From an uncultured Candidatus Saccharibacteria bacterium (GTDB lineage: Bacteria; Patescibacteriota; Minisyncoccia; Phycocordibacterales; UBA2100), in contig CAZELA010000002.1 in assembly GCA_964512835.1 (NCBI GenBank), positions 105,037 through 169,036 of the forward strand: 64,000 nucleotides of DNA, written 5' to 3'. Below the pieces are notes generated by a model. It saw only the letters and a list, made by a program, of their open reading frames with translations, did no database searches and was not told the origin of the DNA. This document shows, piece after piece, positions 1-7,893 of the stretch (its first letter is position 1; every line of letters starts with the position of its first letter). The position numbers were made by a program, and so were the translations under genes.

Positions 1-325
1 TCTCCGCGATGAGCGCATCTGCGAAGTCGATCGGAGTTGAGTTGTCGGCATCGGTAAAAAGCCGCATGTCGCCCCTCGCTGCGAGCATGCCGGTACGGAC
101 CGCGGCGCCTTTACCGCGATTGGTCTCGTGTCGTATCAATCGCACGCGTTGTGAAGCCGCGTGACTCACCGATCGTGCGGTGTCGTCGGTTGATCCGTCA
201 TCGACCACAATGATCTCGCTGTCGTAGGGGAGTGACGCACAATACCGCTCGCATGCGGCAACCGTAGGTCCGATGCGGGAACTCTCGTTAAATGCCGGAA
301 TAACGACGGAAAGGCGCGGATGCAT
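1..325 (-). CDS. Glycosyltransferase family 2 (polyprenyl/dolichyl-phosphate sugar synthase-like). Only the 5' part lies in the window; the gene runs off the window start.
   Basis: Reverse-complement translation from the ATG at 325 gives MHPRLSVVIPAFNESSRIGPTVAACERYCASLPYDSEIIVVDDGSTDDTARSV...LIRHETNRGKGAAVRTGMLAARGDMRLFTDADNSTP. It carries the classic GT2 motifs (VVIPAxNE, VVDDGSTDDT, NRGKGxA, DAD). It is absent from the ORF track because it has no in-window stop. Track ORF 166..507(-) lies in another frame and looks spurious. Confidence 0.8.
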   Translation of the reverse strand, partial: MHPRLSVVIPAFNESSRIGPTVAACERYCASLPYDSEIIVVDDGSTDDTARSVSHAASQRVRLIRHETNRGKGAAVRTGMLAARGDMRLFTDADNSTPIDFADALIAE

Positions 326-515
326 GCCGCTATTCGGAAAGTACCCCGATCACCATCTGAGCAGCTGTTGAAAGCGCAAACAGGATCGCGCCGATAAGAA
401 ACACCTTCCAGTCGAAGAACAACACCATGCGGCCGATCGAGTAAATAAGGAAAATAAAGGTGAGCGGCCAGACGAAGAACGAATTCACCGCCATGATGGA
501 TCCCCACATACCGGT

Positions 516-881
516 TTATACGAGCAGTGTGCGCACCTTGGCGACGATCTGTTTCGGCTCGAATTCCACCTTGACCATGTAGTCGATGGCACCGAGCTCC
601 CGCCCTTTCTGAATGTCTTCCGGCTGACCGAGATTGCTGAGAATCACGACGGGTATCTTAGATAACTCCGAATCCTCTTTGAGTGTCTGGAGTACTTCGA
701 AACCGTTCTTTCGGGGCAGCAGAATATCGAGCAGTACGAGATCGGGTCGTTGCTCCTTGGTTACGTTGATTGCCTGTTCACCATCGAACGCATTAGCTAC
801 CTGGTAGCCCGCATCGGAGAGTTCACGGGATAGTATCGAAAAAATAAGCTGGTCGTCCTCGACGATGAGTACCTTTTTCAT
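516..881 (-). CDS. Single-domain response regulator (CheY-like receiver)
   Basis: MKKVLIVEDDQLIFSILSRELSDAGYQVANAFDGEQAI...PDLVLLDILLPRKNGFEVLQTLKED...IPVVILSNLG...GAIDYMVK. Acidic pocket DD, phospho-acceptor D in LLDILLP, and conserved K are present. No output domain and no adjacent kinase. Confidence 0.85.
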   Translation of the reverse strand: MKKVLIVEDDQLIFSILSRELSDAGYQVANAFDGEQAINVTKEQRPDLVLLDILLPRKNGFEVLQTLKEDSELSKIPVVILSNLGQPEDIQKGRELGAIDYMVKVEFEPKQIVAKVRTLLV

Positions 882-922
882 GGTGGTATCAGTATAGCTC
901 AGGAATTGCTGCGGCGGCCCCC

Positions 923-2482
923 CTAGAAAGAACCGACGAGATCTTTGCGTATCATAAGGAATATGTTCAAGTCCGGATCCTCATATGACGGTTTCAGGAC
1001 CGTGTAATCCGTGAGTTCCCGCCGGGCCAGACAGTCGCGGACATCGTAGTGGCTGGTAACGCGTTCCCCGTCGGCACACAGTACAAGCATATAGGGTCCG
1101 TTCGTTGCACCGATCAGGCCCCCTGAGTTTCCTGAGAGGCGGACCAATTGTGTGTCGAGCCTCTCCTCGAGTCCGTCCCAAAGCATGTCGGGCACGAATA
1201 TAAGACCACCGGACCTGAATCCGACCGCGGAAAAGAATGAGTAATCCGCGTAGGCATCGCCTTCGCGGATCATTCTGATATCCGCTGCTGCAGCGTCGAG
1301 GGCACGTTCTGCGATTGCTTCGCGGGACCGGGTCGTAATCGGGTGCTTATGCAGTGCAGCGGCAATGAACGGGGAATTCACCGAAGCGAATATAATTGCG
1401 GCGACCGGTAGTGTCATTAGTACGTTGGGAAACGGGAGATATTCTAATAGAAAGACACCCAGTGCCGACACGGTGAGTGCGAGTGCAAAGGTGGCCGGTA
1501 TCACAAAGCGACTGTCGACCGGTGTTCCGAACACCGCGGCAACGGTGCACTGCAAAAGCATCACCGCTATCAGACCGAGCATCATGTATTTTTTAAACGC
1601 GGTCGCTTTTGAATAGAGGTACAGGCAGGTTGCGCTTGCAATGATCAGGACGGTGAACGCGAGCAGTGCATTCGTCAGGTTCGGGTTCTCCTGCGGAATA
1701 AGGCGCACAAAAAGAGTTTTCACGAGCGCGATAAGGTGACCGCTCGTACGGGCCGGGGTTTCGGTGCCCGGAAAGATAGGTTCTGCAAACATTCGAGGGA
1801 CAAGAAATATGAGAAACGAGTATCCCATAGCCGCCGCTCCTGCAATGCGTACGCCGTGCGCACCGCGGTGCGTATAGGAGGTATAGAGTATCGCTGCGCC
1901 GAAAAGTGGTGCAACCGCGAGGGCTGACATATGCATCGCCAGCGCCGATATGCCGAGGATGATCGACGTGATCAGTAGTGAAATTCGGCCGCTTATGTGC
2001 GCGCGGTATAGCGTGAACGCGGACCCGATCAACAACGGTTCCATAAAGTACGGCTGCCATACAAATGACGAGGTTTCCCGTATCATTTCCGGCGCGACCG
2101 CGTAGAGCAGTGATGCAATAAGTGCCGTACGTGTCCCGAATAAATCGCGACCGAGCAGGTACAGCAGATATATTCCGCCGCACGTAAGCGCGATGAACGC
2201 GATCTCGAGCATCTGCCACGAAGTAGAAATCAGCAGGGGGACTGCAAGTAGGTAGAAATACAACGGACTATTACCGAGATGCGGTAACGTCCCGTTCCAC
2301 GGACCGGCAGCGGGGAAGTTATGGAACGTAACGATATGCTTTGCGGTCAGGTAGTCACGGTAGCCCTCGCCGCCATTCACTCCGAGCGGATGATCATACG
2401 CGATGAATCTCAGAAAAAAGGCAAGACATATGATCGCCGCAATCGCGACATGGGGTCCTGTACGAACGAGAAATTTCCGCAT
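923..2482 (-). CDS. Polytopic membrane glycosyltransferase, GT-C fold (ArnT/PMT/GT39-GT83-like)
   Basis: 519 aa with about 11-13 hydrophobic helices and a C-terminal soluble domain. Immediately upstream (same strand) is a GT2 polyprenyl-phosphate sugar synthase-like gene, the classic donor-synthase plus GT-C transferase pairing. Confidence 0.6.
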   Translation of the reverse strand: MRKFLVRTGPHVAIAAIICLAFFLRFIAYDHPLGVNGGEGYRDYLTAKHIVTFHNFPAAGPWNGTLPHLGNSPLYFYLLAVPLLISTSWQMLEIAFIALTCGGIYLLYLLGRDLFGTRTALIASLLYAVAPEMIRETSSFVWQPYFMEPLLIGSAFTLYRAHISGRISLLITSIILGISALAMHMSALAVAPLFGAAILYTSYTHRGAHGVRIAGAAAMGYSFLIFLVPRMFAEPIFPGTETPARTSGHLIALVKTLFVRLIPQENPNLTNALLAFTVLIIASATCLYLYSKATAFKKYMMLGLIAVMLLQCTVAAVFGTPVDSRFVIPATFALALTVSALGVFLLEYLPFPNVLMTLPVAAIIFASVNSPFIAAALHKHPITTRSREAIAERALDAAAADIRMIREGDAYADYSFFSAVGFRSGGLIFVPDMLWDGLEERLDTQLVRLSGNSGGLIGATNGPYMLVLCADGERVTSHYDVRDCLARRELTDYTVLKPSYEDPDLNIFLMIRKDLVGSF

Positions 2483-2487
2483 GGTGC

Positions 2488-2757
2488 TTACTCACTGGAG
2501 GTTGCAGAACGTGTGACCGCTGCCGCTGCTGAAGCGGGATATACCGTAAGGCGGGGGAATTCGTACACGTGCATCGCCGTTTTCGTAGACTGCATATCTT
2601 GGTATTGGGTACCGATATAAAACGAAAGGACCGGAATCACGCCCACGAACAGAATGATCCCGAGCATACGTGAGAACGGCGTCGGTTCATGCCAGTTAAT
2701 GTTCATGCGGAAAGTATAGCGCGACAGAACTACGCTGATCGCAAAAAAGAACGTCAC
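2488..2757 (-). CDS. Small membrane protein (hypothetical), 2 TM
   Basis: 89 aa ORF ending 5 nt before the GT-C gene start. Two hydrophobic helices (FFFAISVVLSRY, ILFVGVIPVLSFYIG). Confidence 0.4.
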   Translation of the reverse strand: MTFFFAISVVLSRYTFRMNINWHEPTPFSRMLGIILFVGVIPVLSFYIGTQYQDMQSTKTAMHVYEFPRLTVYPASAAAAVTRSATSSE

Positions 2758-2800
2758 CCTCCGCAGGCAAGGGTGACGTGGTATGCGAACGAGGCGACGG

Positions 2801-3385
2801 CTACTTGGTCGCCGAAATGGTGAACGTGGTCGGGCCGCCGGCGAGCGTGAACTTGTTCGGAGAACAGATATTCACATCCTTGATGTTCAGCAGATTCTCC
2901 TTGCCTTGGGCGCTCACGCCGCCGCCGACGAAGTCGAAATAGAGGTCGCGTTTGCAGCTCCCTTCGCCGGTTGTGCCGATGTCGCCGAAGTCGACGACTT
3001 TGGAATCACCGGGTTCGATTCTTGAGCTCGACGGCAAATAATTCTTCCAGGTGCCTTCCTTGTTGCCCTGCTCGGCGTAGAGATTTCTCAGAGCAACCTT
3101 GCTCTTGTTGATGATCTCGACGCTGCGATTGTTCAAGCCGGATTTCGTTGCGGGTTGCGGTGCTGCGGCAGCAGGAGCCGGCGCGGTCTTTGCGGCAGCG
3201 GGTGCCGGAGCCGCAGCGGGTGTCGCCGCAGATCCTTTGGATGCCGACGCAGGTGCCGCAGCGGGTGCGGATTTTGCCGGCGCGGGCGGCGGTGCAGCAG
3301 TCTGCGCCGATACCTGCGTGGTCGCGAGCGCGAAGCCGATGCAAAGCGAGAAAAGGGTATGTGCAGTCCGGCGAAAGTGCCGCAT
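2801..3385 (-). CDS. Secreted Ala/Pro-rich protein with a C-terminal globular domain (hypothetical)
   Basis: The start is trimmed to the internal ATG at 3385 (MRHFRRTAHTLFSLCIGFALATTQVSAQ is a signal peptide), preceded by AAGGAGA 5 nt upstream. The track ORF start at 3487 would overlap the tRNA. An Ala/Pro-rich linker precedes a C-terminal domain of about 110 aa. Confidence 0.6.
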   Translation of the reverse strand: MRHFRRTAHTLFSLCIGFALATTQVSAQTAAPPPAPAKSAPAAAPASASKGSAATPAAAPAPAAAKTAPAPAAAAPQPATKSGLNNRSVEIINKSKVALRNLYAEQGNKEGTWKNYLPSSSRIEPGDSKVVDFGDIGTTGEGSCKRDLYFDFVGGGVSAQGKENLLNIKDVNICSPNKFTLAGGPTTFTISATK

Positions 3386-3492
3386 GGTTGTCTCCTTGGT
3401 TTGTTCGTCTCTCGAAGCCTCAATGTGCTCCGCGGAAACGATACATAGGAGGCAGATCGTCGTCAACGGAACGATATTGTCTGTCAATTGTG

Positions 3493-3566
3493 TGTCAGGG
3501 GCGGGAGTTGAACCCGCGACCTTAGCGTTATGAATGCTATGCTCTAACCAACTGAGCTACCCTGAC
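3493..3566 (-). tRNA. tRNA-Met (anticodon CAT), elongator-type (G1-C72 paired); could also be the tRNA-Ile2 (lysidine) type
   Basis: The reverse complement is GTCAGGGTAGCTCAGTTGGTTAGAGCATAGCATTCATAACGCTAAGGTCGCGGGTTCAACTCCCGCCCCTGACA. It forms a cloverleaf with a 7-bp acceptor stem, a GTTCAACT T-loop and a CAT anticodon. CCA is not encoded. Confidence 0.8.
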
Positions 3567-3704
3567 GAGAGAGGACCAGAAAAGCGAGCATGCTCGCCTT
3601 ATTCCGAACGATGGCAGGGGACGGTCCGAGTACCCTGACGTGTTGTGGAGAATATCGCAAAATGACTTTTTTTGCGAGTCCGGGGATAGGGTACACTTTG
3701 CCTC

Positions 3705-3953
3705 ATGGAACCCATAGAGATCCTTGGTATCGTCTCGGCCGGTATGACGTTGACCGCGTTTGTCGGCAATGAGTACGGCAAATTAACCGCAGAAAGCGTC
3801 TGGTATGACGGACTCAATTTTCTGGCTTCGATCGGGCTGCTTCTGTATGCGGCACACCTGGGCTCACTGCCGTTCATGGTCATAAATACCGTGTGGGCGC
3901 TCGTGTCCGGCTTCGACGTTGTGAAGTACTTCTGGGGGGCGAAAAAAGTTTGA
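3705..3953 (+). CDS. Small membrane protein (hypothetical)
   Basis: 82 aa with 2-3 hydrophobic helices, lying between two tRNA genes. No recognisable motif. Confidence 0.4.
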   Translation: MEPIEILGIVSAGMTLTAFVGNEYGKLTAESVWYDGLNFLASIGLLLYAAHLGSLPFMVINTVWALVSGFDVVKYFWGAKKV

Positions 3954-4005
3954 AAATAGGGGAATTCGTTGTATTCTGTGCCCGTTACGGGTAACCGCTA
4001 ACGAT

Positions 4006-4079
4006 GCAGGTGTAGCTCAATTGGTTAGAGCACTCCCCTGTCACGGGAGAGGCTGCGGGTTCGAGTCCCGTCACTTGCG
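4006..4079 (+). tRNA. tRNA-Asp (anticodon GTC)
   Basis: GCAGGTGTAGCTCAATTGGTTAGAGCACTCCCCTGTCACGGGAGAGGCTGCGGGTTCGAGTCCCGTCACTTGCG. The 7-bp acceptor stem has one G-U pair. Anticodon loop is CTGTCAC and the T-loop is TTCGAGT. CCA is not encoded. Confidence 0.85.
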
Positions 4080-4087
4080 CAAATGAA

Positions 4088-4110
4088 CGACGCCCTTCGG
4101 GGCGTTTTTC
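4088..4110 (+). terminator. Rho-independent terminator after tRNA-Asp
   Basis: GACGCCC-TTCG-GGGCGT stem-loop followed by TTTTT. Confidence 0.6.
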
Positions 4111-4317
4111 ATTTGCGCAGTGAAGCAGAGCGCGGGGTGCTCTGCGTCGGGACTCGAAGGGTTTTGCGCGGGTGCCCGAAAGCTTTCGGGCTCGCAAAAC
4201 CAGGGCCGAGCGGAGCTTTTTCGCGACGGCGAAAAGCGAGCGCTTGACCGAGTCCGTCTTATTCTCAGATAAACGCCGTCCTCCGGCCGCGCTTTTCATT
4301 GTGATAGGATATCTCGC

Positions 4318-4884
4318 ATGCCTCCTCGAGAACCTCAGCGATCATCAGGCCGTACGTGGGTCCTGTTCGTTATTTGTCTTATCCTCATCGGCGCGATAGG
4401 CGGATTCGGTACCTACTCCTTTTATGCACAGAACGAAACGGCGCGACAGACGATCGCGCGCATGGAGACGCAGATCGGGGATTTGAGTAAGTCGGTGCAG
4501 GTTTCAGAAGATCAGAAAAATCTGCTGCAGGAGCAGATCGAGAAACTCAAGTGTAAGACATTCTGGCGAGCAAATGCGTGCGCCCCGGAGAGTGAAATGG
4601 CGTCATTCTCTGCACAACCGTCATCCGGCACGTCGCCGTTGAAAGTTAAATTCACGATCAAAGCCCCGGGTCTCGGATATACGGTGGATTTCGGTGACAG
4701 CTCATCCACGCCGCTCACCATCGCGCAGAATGCCGACGGCGGCTGCACACAGGGAGCAGACGGGCTCTGCACGGTTGTCTTGCAACACACGTATACCGCT
4801 ACTGCGAACACGTCATTTGCGGCCCAGATCAAGAAGGATGATGCGGTCGTGACCGAAACAAAGATCGACGTCCGTGTGAAATAA
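4318..4884 (+). CDS. Membrane-anchored coiled-coil protein with a C-terminal PKD domain
   Basis: N-terminal TM (WVLFVICLILIGAIGGFG), then a heptad-like segment (QIGDLSKSVQVSEDQKNLLQEQIEKLK). PKD signatures follow: SPLKVKFT...VDFGDSS...LQHTYT. Confidence 0.65.
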   Translation: MPPREPQRSSGRTWVLFVICLILIGAIGGFGTYSFYAQNETARQTIARMETQIGDLSKSVQVSEDQKNLLQEQIEKLKCKTFWRANACAPESEMASFSAQPSSGTSPLKVKFTIKAPGLGYTVDFGDSSSTPLTIAQNADGGCTQGADGLCTVVLQHTYTATANTSFAAQIKKDDAVVTETKIDVRVK

Positions 4885-5105
4885 GCGCGTTTGCTATACT
4901 TCCGTCATGGACCCCTTGTACGGATTTCTGAAGACCATCCTCGATTTTCTCGTGCAGATCATCATGTTGTTCATCAACATGATCGTATACATACTGCACT
5001 TCATCGGTGATCTCATTCAGAGTCTCGCGAACTCGGTGTAGTTTTTACATGGGATTTTTCTCTCGTACCCGCACGCACGACGGGGAAACCGCGCACGAGG
5101 GGAGC

Positions 5106-5639
5106 ATGCTCCTCGAGATCGCTAAATACACGCTCATTTCGCTGCTCGTAGTCGCGCCGTTCCGTATTTTCGTGGCGCAGCCGTTCATAGTTTCCGGCGA
5201 GTCCATGAGTACCACGCTCGAGCCGCAGGAGTACCTGATCGTTGATCAGCTCACGTACCGTCGTACCGAACCCGTGCGCGGTGATGTCGTTATATTCAAA
5301 TATCCGCTTGACCCGAGCGTCTACTTCGTAAAGCGCGTCATCGGATTGCCCGGCGAGACGGTGCGGATCGACCATAACGTGGTCACGGTGCAGGGTAGCT
5401 CTATGAGTGAGCCGTTGCGCTTGGATGAGCCGTATGTGTCGTCGGTCTCGCCGGACACGCGGTCGCTGGAGATCACGCTCGAAAGCGATGAATATTTCGT
5501 ACTCGGTGATAATCGAAAAGAAAGCTCCGATTCGCGCGTGTGGGGACCGCTGCAAAGAAAATTCATCGTCGGTCGCGCGTTTGCACGCGTGTTTCCGATT
5601 ACGAAGTTCGCCGCATTTCCGGGTGAACATCGCTATTGA
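5106..5639 (+). CDS. lepB: Signal peptidase I (S26 family)
   Basis: The catalytic Ser box is VSGESMSTTL, the Lys box is YFVKRVIGLPGETV and box E is VLGDNRKESSDSRVWGPL. The start is placed at ATG 5106 (MLLEIAKYTLISLLVV is the TM anchor, preceded by GAGGGGAG). The track ORF begins earlier at 5007, and an ATG at 5049 is also possible. Confidence 0.85.
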   Translation: MLLEIAKYTLISLLVVAPFRIFVAQPFIVSGESMSTTLEPQEYLIVDQLTYRRTEPVRGDVVIFKYPLDPSVYFVKRVIGLPGETVRIDHNVVTVQGSSMSEPLRLDEPYVSSVSPDTRSLEITLESDEYFVLGDNRKESSDSRVWGPLQRKFIVGRAFARVFPITKFAAFPGEHRY

Positions 5640-5740
5640 TGTGTAAACACATCGCGTGAAGATGCTATCCACACGAATGTGTCGCGCGCGGATCATTCGC
5701 AACTGCGTTTAGCGCTATAATATGAGTACGAATACTTTGT

Positions 5741-6217
5741 ATGTCGTCCTTTTTACAGCGCTTGAAAGCGAAAGACGTGATCCCGGGTGCACCCGAGGAC
5801 AAAAAACAGGACAAGGTTGTGATGCAGGCAGAAAAATCGCCCGGTAATCCGTCGACGGATGAACAGCTTCCGGTCGACATCTACAAAATTCCAGGAGCCA
5901 TCATCATTTACGCACAGCTTGCCGGGTCGAACGTCGATGATTTTGGCGTCACTATCGAGGGCGATGGTGACATCGTCACGATAAAGGGCGAGCGAAAGCG
6001 CCCGGAAGGTGAACATTTTCAGTTGCCGACTGCCGAAGGCCGCGAAAAGATCCTCGAAGAATGTTCGTGGGGAAATTTCTATCGGCAGATCATCTTGCCT
6101 TCCGAGGTCGATTCCGACCGTACCGAGGCTGTGATGAAAGAGGGCGTGCTGATGCTCCTGCTTCCGTTGAAAAAGGGAGAGAGTTCGGGCATTCGTATCC
6201 GGGTCAACAAGGCCTGA
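5741..6217 (+). CDS. Hsp20/alpha-crystallin family small heat-shock protein
   Basis: Alpha-crystallin domain: VDIYKIPGAIIIYAQLAG...FGVTIEGD..VTIKGERK....GEHFQ....EECSWGNFYRQIILPSEVD...EAVMKEGVLMLLLPLK. Confidence 0.85.
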   Translation: MSSFLQRLKAKDVIPGAPEDKKQDKVVMQAEKSPGNPSTDEQLPVDIYKIPGAIIIYAQLAGSNVDDFGVTIEGDGDIVTIKGERKRPEGEHFQLPTAEGREKILEECSWGNFYRQIILPSEVDSDRTEAVMKEGVLMLLLPLKKGESSGIRIRVNKA

Positions 6218-6258
6218 TCAATTTTCACACACGTTTCGTGACCGCGAAACGCACCCGC

Positions 6259-7743
6259 ATGAAGCAGACCCGCCGAACGCAGGCATACATTTTCATACTT
6301 ACGGCGCTTTTAAGTGTCGTACCGTTCGCTGTGTCCGCCGCCGAGATGTCCTTCTCGCCGGCGACCGGTTCGTTTGATTCGGGCAAAGAATTTTCCGTCA
6401 AAGTACTCGTCAATCCGGGGGTCGACAGCGTGAACGCCGCCGACGGGCAGATCCTGTTCGACAAGGACGTTCTTTCAGTCTCGAGTGTCACGAAAGACGG
6501 TTCCGCCTTTTCCTTGTGGACCGCAGACCCGGCGTTCTCGAATAGCGCGGGTACCATCGATTTCAGCGGCGGTACGCCGACCGCCTTTTCCAAATCAGGC
6601 ACCGTGATCACGATTAAATTCAAAGGCAAGAAAGTCGGCGATGCAAAGTTGAGTTTTGCAAAGGGTTCGGTTCTCGCTGCCGACGGTAAGGGGACAAACG
6701 TGTACACCAAGGGCGGCGAAGCAACATACGCCATCAAAGAGGCCGCCGCCGCGCCGCCGCCTGAGCCCGCGGCGGAGCCCGAGGCTGCGGGGGAGGCATT
6801 CGGCGGTTCACCGCCTATCGCGCCGACGATCAATTCGGCTACACATCCGAAAGCAGAAAATTGGTACGGAACAAGCACGGTCAAGATGGATTGGAAGGTT
6901 CCGCCCGACGTCACCTCAATCAGGTGGCTTTTCAGCAGTAAAGAAGACGAAAAGCCGACACAGGTACTGAAAGCAGACGTCTCATCGTCGACACAAACCG
7001 GGATTGCAGACGGCGTCTGGTATTTCTATCTCCAATACAAGAACGAAGCGGGGTGGGGCGAGGTCGGTAAGCGAAAGATCATGATCGATACCGTCCAGCC
7101 GCTCGCGTTTGATGTGGGGCTGCTTGATCAGGGTGACAACGCGAATACGCCGAAGTTCTCGATGAAAACAACTGACGAGCTCTCGGGTATGGATCGTTAC
7201 GAAATTTACATCGGTGGCACCCAGGTGGGCAGTGTAAAAGATGCGGACCTCACGGACGGTTACCTGGTGCCGCCGCAGGAAGGAGGGGTGCAAAAAGTTC
7301 TCATCAAGGCGTTCGATAAGGCGGGGAATATCCGGGAATCGGAAAAAGATCTAAACCTGCCCGTTGTCGCGAAACCCGTAAAGGGTGCAAAACCCGGCGA
7401 AGTTGTGGAGGCTCCCGGGTTCTTCACGACCGAACGAATACTACTGCTCATTTTTGCATTCGTGATCGGTGTACTCACGACGCTTAACATACAAAAACGT
7501 AAACATGTCGACAGTGATCGGCTCCACGTGCTGCAGGAGGTGGCGGCGGTGCGCGACAAAAACGACAAGATCTTCTCGGCGATGCGCGAAGAGTTCGAGC
7601 AGATGGTCCAGGATCTGGACGACAAGCCGCAGCTGACGCCCACGGAGCGCGACCTTTTGGAGCGTATAAAAGAGGTCCTCGAGATCTCGGAGGAGATCGT
7701 GGATACCGGTATGGATGAGCTCAAAAAGACGATTCGGGGATAA
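6259..7743 (+). CDS. Cohesin-domain cell-surface protein with a C-terminal TM anchor and a cytoplasmic coiled-coil tail
   Basis: The start is trimmed to ATG 6259 (MKQTRRTQAYIFILTALLSVVPFAVSAAE is a signal peptide). The cohesin-like beta-sandwich region resembles the other cohesins in this window (GSFDSGKEFSVKVLVN...GTIDFSGGTPTAFSKSGTVITIKFKGKKVGDAKLSF). Then come a Pro/Ala linker, a TM helix (ILLLIFAFVIGVLTTL) and a charged helical tail. Confidence 0.7.
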   Translation: MKQTRRTQAYIFILTALLSVVPFAVSAAEMSFSPATGSFDSGKEFSVKVLVNPGVDSVNAADGQILFDKDVLSVSSVTKDGSAFSLWTADPAFSNSAGTIDFSGGTPTAFSKSGTVITIKFKGKKVGDAKLSFAKGSVLAADGKGTNVYTKGGEATYAIKEAAAAPPPEPAAEPEAAGEAFGGSPPIAPTINSATHPKAENWYGTSTVKMDWKVPPDVTSIRWLFSSKEDEKPTQVLKADVSSSTQTGIADGVWYFYLQYKNEAGWGEVGKRKIMIDTVQPLAFDVGLLDQGDNANTPKFSMKTTDELSGMDRYEIYIGGTQVGSVKDADLTDGYLVPPQEGGVQKVLIKAFDKAGNIRESEKDLNLPVVAKPVKGAKPGEVVEAPGFFTTERILLLIFAFVIGVLTTLNIQKRKHVDSDRLHVLQEVAAVRDKNDKIFSAMREEFEQMVQDLDDKPQLTPTERDLLERIKEVLEISEEIVDTGMDELKKTIRG

Positions 7744-7822
7744 CTTTCTGAAAAGTGGGGATTTTACCCCCAGAAATTGTCCAGTTTTGGCTTGAAATCA
7801 GGACAAAATCGCGTTTGTAGGG

Positions 7823-7831
7823 TGCTAAAAT
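7823..7831 (+). promoter_or_regulatory. Candidate extended -10 promoter element (TGcTAAAAT) in the AT-richer 150-nt spacer upstream of the giant gene
   Basis: TGCTAAAAT sits about 63 nt upstream of ATG 7894 in the lowest-GC stretch of the region. No good -35 is present. Pattern match only. Confidence 0.2.
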
Positions 7832-7893
7832 TAGGGAACGGATCTCCGCCATTTTTTGGCGTGTTTTCCGTATAGAAAAAAGCTCCCGAAAAC

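Noticed and set aside
166-507. Track ORF 166..507(-), 113 aa, Arg/His-rich
   Set aside because: It lies in a different frame from the well-supported GT2 gene that starts at 325(-) and covers the same DNA. Its composition is typical of a spurious high-GC ORF.
3985-4299. Track ORF 3985..4299(-) overlapping tRNA-Asp and the hairpin-rich spacer
   Set aside because: It overlaps a confidently identified tRNA and a terminator, so it is not coding.
5013-5702. Track ORF 5013..5702(-), 229 aa, antisense to lepB
   Set aside because: The sense strand encodes a textbook signal peptidase I with all catalytic boxes. The antisense product is Arg-rich with no motifs.
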